64,000 bases of DNA from a phage: assembly GCA_011911785.1 (NCBI GenBank), contig GCA_011911785.1_4084.1. One strand, 5' to 3'. Positions 30,551 to 44,164 of the stretch are shown in pieces (positions within the stretch are counted from its first letter, which is position 1; every line of letters begins with the position of its first letter). The notes beneath the pieces are model-generated. The model was not told the origin of the DNA. It saw nothing but the letters and a program-made list of their open reading frames with translations, and made no database searches. The position numbers were made by a program, and so were the translations under genes.

Positions 30551-30736
30551 ATGACACTAGATGAATGGCATAAAAGAAACGATAAGCTGTATGAAAATGA
30601 TATTTTCTTCTTCGCATTCGGTGGTCTTGGAAGTATTTTACGTGATAGTGATGATTACTTCAATTCGATCATTAGCTATTATGATTGCTATGGGACTATG
30701 TACGCCATAGCACGAACAACGGGATGTTACAAATGA
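30551..30736 (+). CDS. hypothetical protein (61 aa)
   Basis: ORF; N-terminus MTLDEWHKRND loosely resembles family B. Confidence 0.45.
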   Translation: MTLDEWHKRNDKLYENDIFFFAFGGLGSILRDSDDYFNSIISYYDCYGTMYAIARTTGCYK

Positions 30737-30915
30737 CACATCAAGAATGGTTAGATGAATTAAAATTCAAACATGATCATTTTGGCTTTGGTGTACGCCA
30801 GGGTCATTATGATATTTTAAAAGATAAGAACAAGTTTAAATCATTTATCTTGGATGATGATAGTAATCGCTGGTTCATCTATGAGCTTGCGGTTAGAGGT
30901 AAAAAAATTGACTAG
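30733..30915 (+). CDS. MTHEEWL mini-protein (family B)
   Basis: MTHQEWLDELKF...GHYDIL...WFIYELAVR; ATGA overlap. Confidence 0.55.
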   Translation: MTHQEWLDELKFKHDHFGFGVRQGHYDILKDKNKFKSFILDDDSNRWFIYELAVRGKKID

Positions 30916-30960
30916 TACTGATATATATGCTATTCTTTTGTTTTAATCAGGAGAACAATA

Positions 30961-31460
30961 ATGCTCATTACGCATGTACCGGAAAGTATTACTGAAATTT
31001 TAAGTAAAATTAATGTTAATGAGTTTGAACGAACCGTTCGAAAACAGGGTACTTATCACTATAAGCACAAAGATGGTGATCATCAAATAAGCTTAGATCA
31101 GAACTATCAAACTCTAACAATTAAAATGGTTACTCGCTGGAATTTCGTTCGTAAAGACACTATTATCTGTGATTTTGGTAAAAATCTACTTAGAAAATGT
31201 TTCTCTGAAACAAATGGCATCTATCCAAACCCGAATAGAATTTTTACATATCGATACATCACAGATGAAGATGTACATTTCCAAGAGAGTTTGGTATGCG
31301 ATAATAAGTACTTTCCCGCATTTTCTGATAATTTGAAGTTAAAAGAACTATATAACTATTTCTTAAACGACAATATCCTGTGGGATGAAGAATTAAAACA
31401 ACGACAAATAGAACGTGAAAAGAAAAAAGTCTGGACTGGCTCACATTGGATGCAACGTAA

Positions 31461-31464
<4 letters not shown>
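30961..31464 (+). CDS. EEYFQ-motif family protein (family A)
   Basis: C-terminal TDEDVHFQESLVCDNKYF; RBS tcaggagaacaataATG. Confidence 0.6.
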
Positions 31465-32464
<1,000 letters not shown>

Positions 32465-32474
32465 TTAAAAAAAG

Positions 32475-33412
<938 letters not shown>

Positions 33413-33429
33413 CTGTAGTATTCAGTACT

Positions 33430-33621
<192 letters not shown>

Positions 33622-33622
33622 A

Positions 33623-33680
<58 letters not shown>

Positions 33681-33685
33681 CAATC

Positions 33686-33841
<156 letters not shown>

Positions 33842-33870
33842 CAAAAACGAAATTACAATAGGAAATTAAA

Positions 33871-34056
33871 ATGCAACTTTTAATTCTTTCAATATTGTAT
33901 ATTATTATAATGGTTCCGATATCAATACGTTTAATTACAGTTGAACGATTTTTATCGAAACATGGAAATAGGTCTATGATCTTTGTACCAATCGGTCTGA
34001 TATTGTTTGGTATATTTGCATTTATAATGGGAATTAACGCTACATTCATTTCATAG
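33871..34056 (+). CDS. small membrane protein (61 aa)
   Basis: ORF with two hydrophobic segments downstream of tRNA-Asn. Confidence 0.45.
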   Translation: MQLLILSILYIIIMVPISIRLITVERFLSKHGNRSMIFVPIGLILFGIFAFIMGINATFIS

Positions 34057-34065
34057 GAAACAAAT

Positions 34066-34547
<482 letters not shown>

Positions 34548-34554
34548 AAGAACG

Positions 34555-34587
<33 letters not shown>

Positions 34588-34588
34588 C

Positions 34589-34644
<56 letters not shown>

Positions 34645-34645
34645 T

Positions 34646-34879
<234 letters not shown>

Positions 34880-34882
34880 TGT

Positions 34883-35227
<345 letters not shown>

Positions 35228-35228
35228 T

Positions 35229-35657
<429 letters not shown>

Positions 35658-35665
<8 letters not shown>

Positions 35666-36020
35666 TCTAATAGTACGTATAATGCAAGATGTTCGAAAGA
35701 ACCTTTATACAGGCAATTTTGACGATTCGAACATTAAACTATTATGTTATGATGGTTTTACCTTGGTACATCCATCTGAATCAAATAATATATACATATC
35801 ATATACTTCCAAAAATCAATTATATCAATTTGATATATATAGCACAATGGCTAAAATAACTTTGGACGTATCCAAGCAGCCTATTCTTATCGCTGTACCA
35901 GAATGCAATTACACTGAAGAATCACTGTTTCAGTACTCAATGATAAATGACATTGGCGACTTGACATTAGAAGAGATTAACGCTATACTAGATGTATCAC
36001 GTTTGATTAATGCCTACTAA
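35658..36020 (+). CDS. EEYFQ-motif family protein (family A)
   Basis: C-terminal YTEESLFQYSMINDIGDLTLEEINAIL. Confidence 0.6.
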
Positions 36021-36033
36021 TTTGGAGATTAAT

Positions 36034-36225
36034 ATGTTCTGGAATTTGTTATGTCTTTTTGGTCGTACCTTTGTTCTTGCAATTATTCATACACCAGGTA
36101 TTCGTAATTTTGTTTCTTATGAATTTAAGAAAAATTATCACAACAATACTGAAGTTCGTGCCACTAAAATGTGCAAAGACTTCAATGTAACAGTACCACC
36201 ATTTAAGAAGTACGAGGATGAATAA
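36034..36225 (+). CDS. small membrane protein (63 aa)
   Basis: Start refined to ATG 36034 (RBS tggagattaatATG); hydrophobic N-terminus. Confidence 0.5.
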   Translation: MFWNLLCLFGRTFVLAIIHTPGIRNFVSYEFKKNYHNNTEVRATKMCKDFNVTVPPFKKYEDE

Positions 36226-36503
36226 TGGAATTCATTGTAGCTCCTGAAGAACTCAAGACCTTTAAGTTCAAAGATAATTATACGTATTCAAATCATTCCT
36301 TGAATTCAATTCATGTAATTGCAATGGTTGCATCTGAATATAAAGATAACCCGTGTATTGATTTTAAAACCACTGATGGTGAATATACATGGGTGATCCC
36401 ACGAGATAAATATAGTTATCAAGGGGCAGTAGAAATTCGTGACTCGATTCTAAAACAAATCGAAGATGGACATACTCATCCTAAACTAAACATTCAGTAC
36501 TGA
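36225..36503 (+). CDS. hypothetical protein (92 aa)
   Basis: ATGA overlap. Confidence 0.55.
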   Translation: MEFIVAPEELKTFKFKDNYTYSNHSLNSIHVIAMVASEYKDNPCIDFKTTDGEYTWVIPRDKYSYQGAVEIRDSILKQIEDGHTHPKLNIQY

Positions 36504-36832
36504 AAATGTTATACCGATAGCTTCTGGAGCAGTACTGAATCCTCCTTTTTCTTTCAGAAGCTATCACATATTTTGTCGTAAAATGGTACTGTGAGTGGTT
36601 TGTCTTTCCATTCTCTCCAGGTCCAGTACCTATCATTGTAGTTCTGGAGAGATATAACATGTATAATGTTTTTTACCTCCTGTTTATCATTATATATGTC
36701 ACTAAACGAGTAATAACTACCCTCCCTCTAGGTTATTACTTTTGATTTTGGTATTGACTTTCAATGCCGCAAATGTTATACTTAAGGCTGATTCAAATTG
36801 AATCGGCCTTTTTTCTTTTTAAGGAGAACACC
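36504..36832 (+). ncRNA. ORF-free structured region (candidate leader or small RNA)
   Basis: About 330 bp with no tracked ORF; nested inverted repeats GATAGCTTCTG/CAGAAGCTATC (36516..36565) and TCTCTCCAG/CTGGAGAGA; two terminator-like hairpins with T-runs. Confidence 0.3.
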
Positions 36833-37228
36833 ATGAATTTGGTTGTAGAAGACGATATCTTTTCCGATGCTATTGAGTATATGTACAATCTTGTTAGACT
36901 TAATGAATTTGTACAACGTCATACATTGACACATAAGGATGGGATTATTACTGTTGGTGCATACATTAATGGATACTTAACCGAGTTTTACAATTGTGAT
37001 AACATTTTTATAACCATTGATAACATCACTACGACTAATGACATATCCATTGATTTATTCAAAGATCATATTGAAATTGATATAGACAAGATGATTGCCA
37101 TCGATATCGATCCTGTAATGTATGAGTTACAAGAAGAAATGTATGAGCAATTATGCTTTGTGTATGATTTGAGTAAAATTTCATTCTTTGACTTACGCAG
37201 AATCTGTTACGTAGTAGGTAAGTTATGA
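36833..37228 (+). CDS. EEYFQ-motif family protein (divergent)
   Basis: Start refined to ATG 36833 (RBS taaggagaacaccATG); C-terminal LQEEMYEQLCFVYDLSKISFFDLRRI. Confidence 0.5.
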   Translation: MNLVVEDDIFSDAIEYMYNLVRLNEFVQRHTLTHKDGIITVGAYINGYLTEFYNCDNIFITIDNITTTNDISIDLFKDHIEIDIDKMIAIDIDPVMYELQEEMYEQLCFVYDLSKISFFDLRRICYVVGKL

Positions 37229-37698
37229 CAAATATACGTGATGTATTAATGCAGTACGGTATCAGTGCTGAAATGCTTTCAGATGAAATTATTAAAAACT
37301 CTAAGATAGAATTTATGTTTAATAGACACCGTTATCCAGGTGTTTATATTAATCGATCCTGTTCATTAATTTACTTTGAATACATGGATGAATATGTTAT
37401 CATTGAAGAAATCAAACTCAATGGATGGCACTGTACAATTGAGTTAACGAAACCAAGAACCAAGAACAAAATAGTGATTAGTATTAATATCTATTACGAT
37501 ATTAGTACTGAAGATGGAGCCTCACACTTTGTTCGAGTTTTGTCATCTGATGATAATTTAAAGTTAGATTATAAATCAGAAGAAGAATACTTTCAGGAAA
37601 GTTTAATCAATGATTTAGTTTTTGATTATAACTTTTATAAAGAACTATCAAAAAACTTCGTTGAATGTATCAAACTATATGAGGAAGAGGACGAATGA
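37225..37698 (+). CDS. EEYFQ-motif family protein (family A)
   Basis: C-terminal KSEEEYFQESLINDLVFDYNFYKEL. Confidence 0.65.
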   Translation: MTNIRDVLMQYGISAEMLSDEIIKNSKIEFMFNRHRYPGVYINRSCSLIYFEYMDEYVIIEEIKLNGWHCTIELTKPRTKNKIVISINIYYDISTEDGASHFVRVLSSDDNLKLDYKSEEEYFQESLINDLVFDYNFYKELSKNFVECIKLYEEEDE

Positions 37699-38114
37699 AA
37701 AATTATAAGTTAAGTACAGAATACAATGAAATGATCATCAATGCACTTGATAATCATGGTGAGTTTCGTTATCCAGGTGAAGGATTGAACGTTTACTTCG
37801 GAGATGAAAACTGGTGCTATCTGAATAATGGTGTTCTGACTATCCATATTCAGGATATTAAAAGTGATGTATCATTTGGAATTCACCTAGTTCCCGGTAC
37901 ATTGGTTAATGACGCACGTATCAATGTTATTGTCAATGAGAACGAATTCTTTCATGATGATTTTGAAGATGTTAAAATGGCAGCTAGTAAGATGTATACT
38001 ACTGAAGAAGAGTACTTTCAGGATAGTACTGTGAAAGATATGCGAATCCCTTATGAGTTGATGGTTTCAGTACAGAAATTTATTGAGGATTTCAGATGCG
38101 ATTTGATCAAGTAG
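37695..38114 (+). CDS. EEYFQ-motif family protein (family A)
   Basis: C-terminal TTEEEYFQDSTVKDMRIPYELMVSV. Confidence 0.65.
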   Translation: MKNYKLSTEYNEMIINALDNHGEFRYPGEGLNVYFGDENWCYLNNGVLTIHIQDIKSDVSFGIHLVPGTLVNDARINVIVNENEFFHDDFEDVKMAASKMYTTEEEYFQDSTVKDMRIPYELMVSVQKFIEDFRCDLIK

Positions 38115-38563
38115 TTAATCGTGAGTACTTGGGTCGTATGGTGGGTGCTGCAATTGACATGATGGTAAAAAAGATGTGCCGTTATCATCCATCACAATGG
38201 AATGCTTCATATAGCATTGAGATATATGCATATAAACTTCATGGGGCTGCAACTTCATTTGAGAAAATTCACTCATTGAGGCTTCACATGTACAGGGGAA
38301 CCGAACGTACATACACTGTAATTGTGAATTCCGGTGGTGTTACATTACATTTAACACCATTTAATGCTGTTAATTTGGATTTAAGTTCAGTTATTGAGAG
38401 CACAGAAATCTGTCACATTGAAGTTGGTGCTAATTATCATCCATTAACCGAAGAACAGTACTTCCAGATTCAAACTCTACATGATATCCATGACTTGACA
38501 TATGAAGAAATTCGTGATTTAATAAGATTAAGTGCAATGATTCCAAATAAGGGTACAGTGTGA
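38096..38563 (+). CDS. EEYFQ-motif family protein (family A)
   Basis: C-terminal LTEEQYFQIQTLHDIHDLTYEEIRDLI. Confidence 0.65.
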   Translation: MRFDQVVNREYLGRMVGAAIDMMVKKMCRYHPSQWNASYSIEIYAYKLHGAATSFEKIHSLRLHMYRGTERTYTVIVNSGGVTLHLTPFNAVNLDLSSVIESTEICHIEVGANYHPLTEEQYFQIQTLHDIHDLTYEEIRDLIRLSAMIPNKGTV

Positions 38564-38666
38564 ACGACCACATAACTGTCTGATTTGAATGGGTTGACAT
38601 TTAACCAATGTAAAAGAATTGTTTCTATATGTAATCGAATTACATATGAGTACACGGAGATATAAA

Positions 38667-39113
38667 ATGGCATTTGGTAACATTGAAGAAGTACAACTAG
38701 TATTTGAAAACTGTGAAGTTCAAAACTTCAAGTTCACTGACATTCTGTACATGTATGTTGGTGATGAATCGCAACGTGCATATCGTTATGCTAATGGTTT
38801 GTCAATTGAATCAGTACTGAAGAAGTTTGCTATTGTCTTTAAGAAAGACACGGAGGCTGATTTTTACAACGGAACTTCATTGGTAGATCGCCTGTCAGAG
38901 CGTGATGTTACTCATGTTGTGTTCTTCGGTGCAAATGACAAAATGGCATCATATGTCATTGACTGGGGTGAATATGATTCATGTAATATGCAGTACTCAA
39001 TCAATCAGAGGTTGCAATTTACACCTGATGGACATATCATCTTCACAAGCAGTACAGAAGATATGATTAAGATTGATGCAGAAGAGATTGATTCTTTTGC
39101 GAGGTACATGTAA
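38667..39113 (+). CDS. hypothetical protein (148 aa)
   Basis: Start refined to ATG 38667 (RBS cggagatataaaATG). Confidence 0.55.
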   Translation: MAFGNIEEVQLVFENCEVQNFKFTDILYMYVGDESQRAYRYANGLSIESVLKKFAIVFKKDTEADFYNGTSLVDRLSERDVTHVVFFGANDKMASYVIDWGEYDSCNMQYSINQRLQFTPDGHIIFTSSTEDMIKIDAEEIDSFARYM

Positions 39114-39577
39114 TGCGTCCAGTACTGAAAGATATTAAATCCAGGAAATATTTTCCTGGGTTTATGGAGTACATCATTGGGTTAGCTGAATCCAAGACTG
39201 GAAATAAAATTGATATCCAACTAGGTAATGTACTTATTTGTGCAAGATCTTATCGTAATAATTTCATGGACATTTTTGAAAGATCCAATTCGATTCTTGC
39301 ATCTCTTGATTTAGAGGGCTATTTAAATGCTAAATTCGTATTGGATATATACAGTCATGGGTTTTCAATAAGACCTTATAATTCACATTACAATGATGAT
39401 CCCAAAAACTTCTTTGTGCATGTAGAAAATGTTGACCAATTCACTGACCTTAGTGATGAAAGTTACTTTCAGATGCAGGTGGCATATGACCTACAGGACT
39501 TGACACGTCAAGAAATCAATGCTATCCTCTATGTATGTTCTAAATTGAAAGAAAATGAGGTAAGCGGTCGTGTCTAA
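39113..39577 (+). CDS. EEYFQ-motif family protein (family A)
   Basis: C-terminal SDESYFQMQVAYDLQDLTRQEINAIL. Confidence 0.65.
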   Translation: MRPVLKDIKSRKYFPGFMEYIIGLAESKTGNKIDIQLGNVLICARSYRNNFMDIFERSNSILASLDLEGYLNAKFVLDIYSHGFSIRPYNSHYNDDPKNFFVHVENVDQFTDLSDESYFQMQVAYDLQDLTRQEINAILYVCSKLKENEVSGRV

Positions 39578-39998
39578 TACAGCAAAGATTAAAGTTCATT
39601 TTCGTGACACATGGAAAGACGTAGATACTGGTAACGTACTAAATGTAGAATACAGTACAGAAACAGTTCATGCCGATGATATGGGAACGGCTAAAGCTCA
39701 AGCACAGAAACTGAAAGAAACCGAAGGTGTTGCCATTTTTGAAGGGGTTGAGCATACTCGTGAATGTATCAATGTAGATGTGATTACTGAAAATGTCACA
39801 GTACTATCAAAGGAACAGATGTTTGATTTCATTTTAAATCACACTGTATCTATTACACCAGACAACACACTTTGGACCAAAACTGATGGCACAAAGGTAC
39901 GTAATAAGTACAAAGTTATAATTGATGGTATTAACTATCAGGGTTATGACCTGGTAGATGCAATAAATGAACATACTAGTAAGAGTAGAGGTTATTGA
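39570..39998 (+). CDS. hypothetical protein (142 aa)
   Basis: ORF. Confidence 0.5.
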   Translation: MSNTAKIKVHFRDTWKDVDTGNVLNVEYSTETVHADDMGTAKAQAQKLKETEGVAIFEGVEHTRECINVDVITENVTVLSKEQMFDFILNHTVSITPDNTLWTKTDGTKVRNKYKVIIDGINYQGYDLVDAINEHTSKSRGY

Positions 39999-40324
39999 AA
40001 ATGTATGCTATAATTATCACTGTAATATGTTGTGCTACTATAATCATCTGCCGTTGTATTGAAAAGAATGCACACATTCGTGGTATGGAAATTGAAAAAG
40101 AACTATATACTGAAAACATAGCAGAAAAGAAACCACAATCTCCATATAAACTTCAGAGAGATATGCATAATGAGTCAAAAACATGGGGTTATTGCATTAC
40201 TCAAAATGGCAGTCGTCTAACATCAAGTTCTGGACATTATCAAATCATCCATAACATTGATGAAGCAAAAGAACTTGTTTGGGAACTAGAGGATCTTGGT
40301 GGCTATGAAAGAACGAAATTTTGA
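39995..40324 (+). CDS. membrane-anchored protein (109 aa)
   Basis: N-terminal hydrophobic helix; ATGA overlap. Confidence 0.5.
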   Translation: MKMYAIIITVICCATIIICRCIEKNAHIRGMEIEKELYTENIAEKKPQSPYKLQRDMHNESKTWGYCITQNGSRLTSSSGHYQIIHNIDEAKELVWELEDLGGYERTKF

Positions 40325-40508
40325 AATTTACAAAACAATTCAGGAATTAAACGTAAAGCATGATATAATGCTAGATGTAGACAATAAGATTGCTTACATG
40401 AAAAAAGAAACTGTTTCAATGCTTCAGAGATTTTCACAAAAAGCATTTTTAATGAAGTTCTGTGCAGATGAGCATCTCACGGGACGAAAACTCTATAACG
40501 AGGCATAA
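40296..40508 (+). CDS. hypothetical protein (70 aa)
   Basis: ORF. Confidence 0.4.
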   Translation: MVAMKERNFEIYKTIQELNVKHDIMLDVDNKIAYMKKETVSMLQRFSQKAFLMKFCADEHLTGRKLYNEA

Positions 40509-40509
40509 T

Positions 40510-40851
40510 ATGGATTTAAGCTCAACAATTAATTTTTTGAGTGATAATTACGAAAAGGTCATATCAAGGGGTGGTATTATTATCCACCCTGTAACAAATG
40601 AAATGTTCATGGTTCGCTTTGATGCAAATTCATATGACCAAGTACTTGTAATATCACAATTTATCGATTATAATGAAGTTGTTCAATTTTGCTGTACTGA
40701 ATTCGGAATCTATCTTAAAGATGCGGAAACTAATGAGATTGGTCATTACTTATATCAAACTCTGATGGTTACTCTAGATTTTGGACTTACTTTCGAAAAT
40801 CTGGTACAATGTCACTATATGTTTAAAAACTTTCCCGCGTCTGGGAATTAA
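40510..40851 (+). CDS. hypothetical protein, possibly degenerate family A member
   Basis: Start refined to ATG 40510; C-terminal YLYQTLMVTLDFGLTFENLVQ loosely resembles the family tail. Confidence 0.4.
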   Translation: MDLSSTINFLSDNYEKVISRGGIIIHPVTNEMFMVRFDANSYDQVLVISQFIDYNEVVQFCCTEFGIYLKDAETNEIGHYLYQTLMVTLDFGLTFENLVQCHYMFKNFPASGN

Positions 40852-40861
40852 TGGAGTTCAA

Positions 40862-41704
40862 ATGTCAAACATTATCGTATTCAAAACTGTATCATTCAAT
40901 AAAGATCTTTATTCTCATTCTTATGTGTCTTCCAATAATCTCATCATTGAGTTGACAAATGGGGCAACGTTGGCGGTAGAATTCGATTCTAGTCTTGAAT
41001 CCAACGCTGCACTAAAAGAACTAGCAATGGTATTAAATGGTGAACCAGTAAACAAATCCAAACCAACTGATGGGTTGGATATGTTGGTCAATAAGATCCT
41101 AAATGGCAAATCTTCTGAAATTGTTGAACTTCTTAAAAATTGTACTGATAAAATCACTGAAACTGTTAGTACTGCAAAATCTAAGGCTGAAGATAAGCTT
41201 TATGAAGAAGCATTTAAAGTCGTTGGTGCAGCAGCAGAATCTAAGTTAAATGGTATGATTAATAATCTTGACCAAGTGCTGTCTCATATGTTCACAAAAG
41301 AATATGAAACTGAAGAACCTGAATCCCAAGAACAACCTTCCAAAAAAGAAGATGTAAAATCTAAAGTGAAATCCGCATTTACTGGTGCTAAAAAGAAATT
41401 TGGTCTATCTGAAGATATCTTTGGATATTCTGATACCACAGCACAAACCGACGATGATTCACAGTCAGATGATATTCTGATTGGTGATATGCTTGATCGT
41501 CAGTTGCGTGCTGAAATTTCAGCATTCGTTGACAGTGTTGTTAGTTCTGAACGTGCACAAGATATGTTCGAAAGTATCAGTAAGAATTTTGGTGAAGAAG
41601 AATCGAAAGCTGCTATTGATGGATTTAAAAATCTAATTTATTCCGTTGCAGTGCAGCACCAAGATAAAACATTAGAATATGTGATTCGCAATTACTTTAT
41701 GTAA
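40862..41704 (+). CDS. hypothetical protein (280 aa)
   Basis: Start refined to ATG 40862 (RBS ggagttcaaATG). Confidence 0.55.
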   Translation: MSNIIVFKTVSFNKDLYSHSYVSSNNLIIELTNGATLAVEFDSSLESNAALKELAMVLNGEPVNKSKPTDGLDMLVNKILNGKSSEIVELLKNCTDKITETVSTAKSKAEDKLYEEAFKVVGAAAESKLNGMINNLDQVLSHMFTKEYETEEPESQEQPSKKEDVKSKVKSAFTGAKKKFGLSEDIFGYSDTTAQTDDDSQSDDILIGDMLDRQLRAEISAFVDSVVSSERAQDMFESISKNFGEEESKAAIDGFKNLIYSVAVQHQDKTLEYVIRNYFM

Positions 41705-41712
41705 TGAGAACG

Positions 41713-41741
41713 AAAAAGCCTCCATATGGAGGCTTTTTTTA
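41713..41741. terminator. bidirectional intrinsic terminator
   Basis: Palindrome GCCTCCATATGGAGGC flanked by A-run and T-run, between convergent genes. Confidence 0.75.
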
Positions 41742-42896
41742 TTGTTTGTCATAACCAATCACTACAATCTTAGCATCAAATGCTTCGGCAGAAGTAATTG
41801 TAACATTCTCATCATCATCAAGCTGAATTTCACATTGAACTGCATCATTGTTATTATCATATACTTGAACAAAAACAAATTCTTTTAAGTGTCCAGTACT
41901 GGATATATTAATTTCATACATTTCACCATTGCGTGTCCATTCAGAAGAAGAGACATTTTGTACATATGGAGATGTTTGTAATGTACTACCCAATATACTT
42001 AGTTTTATAGGTGTATTATCATATATTGTTACTGTAATATCACCAGTGGAGCTAACATTAATGCCAGCAGATACCAAATTATTATGATTATCATATACCT
42101 GAATAGCTAAGTTATTACCACGCCCATGTACATCACCAGGGATTCTTGCACTATACACATCACCAGGCCCAGTACTGAATGTAGTTACTGATACAGTAGT
42201 GGTAAAGCCGTCATCATCACCAACATCTAATATATTAAAATTAACGCTTTTTGTATTATAAAAATCAGACGTAAGAGTTATAGTTGCAGTTCCGGTTGAC
42301 ATAATTTCCGGTACTGTTATAATGAATTCATCATTGACTATTGTACTCGTTGAATACTCGGACCCATCTGAAAATTTTACAGTAATTGTCATTCCTGTTG
42401 TGTTGATGGTTTGTCCAGCATTGAACAGTTTACCCGATATTTCAGTATCCCCAACATGAACTGGATTAACTAAAATATTATCTATATCACGATCAATAAT
42501 TGAACAAGTTGGTGTGTACATATCAAAAGTAACATCGGAGTTTCCAAATATCGTTTTGTGTAATTGGAATTTAGTTACAAACCCTGTTGGATCTGTAGGT
42601 TTCAATTGATTAGTGTATCCACGAACAAAGAAAGTATTCTTTGCAATAACATCCAATAATTCATCATCGGATTTTTTATAGTTAAGTAAATTTCCTACCT
42701 TATCATAAGAAGTAATTTGTACGCGTCTATATATTTTGTTTGTTACAGGATCTATAATATCAAATAGTTTATAACTACGCTGTCTGTAAATTCTTATATT
42801 TTTTAATTTGGTTCCATCGATTAGTAAAGCACCATCCACGATATAACCACATTCACCGAACTTGTATTCTCCGGCATCAGCTATGGTTCTAGACAT
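41739..42896 (-). CDS. beta-rich repeat-containing protein (possibly Ig-like / structural or adhesin-like)
   Basis: Only substantial minus-strand ORF (385 aa); S/T/N/V-rich with two C-terminal repeats (VQVYDN...ITVTI). Confidence 0.6.
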   Translation of the reverse strand: MSRTIADAGEYKFGECGYIVDGALLIDGTKLKNIRIYRQRSYKLFDIIDPVTNKIYRRVQITSYDKVGNLLNYKKSDDELLDVIAKNTFFVRGYTNQLKPTDPTGFVTKFQLHKTIFGNSDVTFDMYTPTCSIIDRDIDNILVNPVHVGDTEISGKLFNAGQTINTTGMTITVKFSDGSEYSTSTIVNDEFIITVPEIMSTGTATITLTSDFYNTKSVNFNILDVGDDDGFTTTVSVTTFSTGPGDVYSARIPGDVHGRGNNLAIQVYDNHNNLVSAGINVSSTGDITVTIYDNTPIKLSILGSTLQTSPYVQNVSSSEWTRNGEMYEINISSTGHLKEFVFVQVYDNNNDAVQCEIQLDDDENVTITSAEAFDAKIVVIGYDKQ

Positions 42897-42961
42897 AAAA
42901 CAAACCCCTCATTGTTGAAATGCTTATAAAATATTTATGATAAGGAGGGTGAAAATCGGCC

Positions 42962-42990
42962 TTGACAGACCTGTATTTTTGAGTATAATG
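42962..42990 (+). promoter_or_regulatory. sigma70-like promoter
   Basis: TTGACA, 17 nt, TATAAT. Confidence 0.6.
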
Positions 42991-43017
42991 TACATTAATA
43001 GTGAAAAGGAGTATTTT

Positions 43018-43602
43018 ATGAATGTATTAGAAAATCGTTTAATTGTTAAAAATGGCAAGATGACTGTGAAACTATACTCTGATGAAGCAGATTCTTTCAT
43101 GGCGAAGGCAATCGAAAAGTCTGAGCGATATCAAGTTCTTGCACCTGAAAACAAATCACCTTATGGGTTTAATCACGCTCATAGTCATTTTGTTGGAATG
43201 GTTTGTGAACACGCATCGTTTGTATTGTTCTCTGAAATTGAAGCCAGTACTGGTATTAAGTTAAACATTGATCCAGCATTCCAATGTGATGGACGTGATG
43301 GTGAATGTGACATTAAAGTAAATGGATTGCGTATAGAAGTAAAAGGTATTAAGTATAAATCATGGAAAGACTTTGGTCCATGTGTCAGTACTCGACAATT
43401 GAAAAACATTCAGAAAAAAGCTGATGTTATTCTGTGGGTCTTGTATAATGAGAAAAAACAAGAATTTACGTTTGAGGGATTCAATTATGTAAAAGACATT
43501 AGTTCGATTCCAGTAGTATTAACAGGTGTACCAGGTCGTCCATTAATTGAGAATCACCCAGTTATTAGTATTCTTAAGCCACTACAGGAGCTACCACTAT
43601 GA
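43018..43602 (+). CDS. hypothetical protein, possible PD-(D/E)xK-like nuclease fold
   Basis: Start refined to ATG 43018 (RBS aaaaggagtattttATG); D...ECDIKV...EVKG pattern; weak. Confidence 0.45.
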   Translation: MNVLENRLIVKNGKMTVKLYSDEADSFMAKAIEKSERYQVLAPENKSPYGFNHAHSHFVGMVCEHASFVLFSEIEASTGIKLNIDPAFQCDGRDGECDIKVNGLRIEVKGIKYKSWKDFGPCVSTRQLKNIQKKADVILWVLYNEKKQEFTFEGFNYVKDISSIPVVLTGVPGRPLIENHPVISILKPLQELPL

Positions 43603-43838
43603 TTAAATGTAATATTGAAGTAAATGAATACACTACTAATCAATATAACGGTGAGAAAGAGTTTTCATTTAGTACAGTACAACATGTATTGAATTTCCCA
43701 GTACTTCCATCTATTGGTTCAGTACTGACAATCACAAATACGTATGATACCCAGTACGAGATCCTTGATATTGAGTACAGAGCAAATCTTAGTTCCAGTG
43801 CAGATGTTGAAATCTATATCATCGTAGAAGAGGTATAA
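43599..43838 (+). CDS. hypothetical protein (79 aa)
   Basis: ATGA overlap. Confidence 0.5.
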   Translation: MIKCNIEVNEYTTNQYNGEKEFSFSTVQHVLNFPVLPSIGSVLTITNTYDTQYEILDIEYRANLSSSADVEIYIIVEEV

Positions 43839-44164
43839 TGATGTTCAAGAACTTCATTGCTATAGTAGCAGTACTATTCTTAACTACGTGCTTCATCAAT
43901 CCAGTTTATGCTGATAAAGTGCGATGGAAGGATGTTAAATCACCATCCTATTGTGCTGGTTATGCTAAGGTAAAGGATGAACAACACAATAAGCAGTACT
44001 ATAAGGATATGTTTTCATTTTACAATTCAATGATTTCAGAAACTGACTTGATGGCAAAGAGAGTTGATCGTGAAGATTTCCTTCAAGGCTATGACATGAA
44101 TGATGATGAAAAAACATTAGAATGCGTAGAAGTTTTTAATTACATACGAGGGTTTGATGAATGA
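43838..44164 (+). CDS. putative secreted protein (108 aa)
   Basis: N-terminal signal-peptide-like hydrophobic segment. Confidence 0.5.
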   Translation: MMFKNFIAIVAVLFLTTCFINPVYADKVRWKDVKSPSYCAGYAKVKDEQHNKQYYKDMFSFYNSMISETDLMAKRVDREDFLQGYDMNDDEKTLECVEVFNYIRGFDE

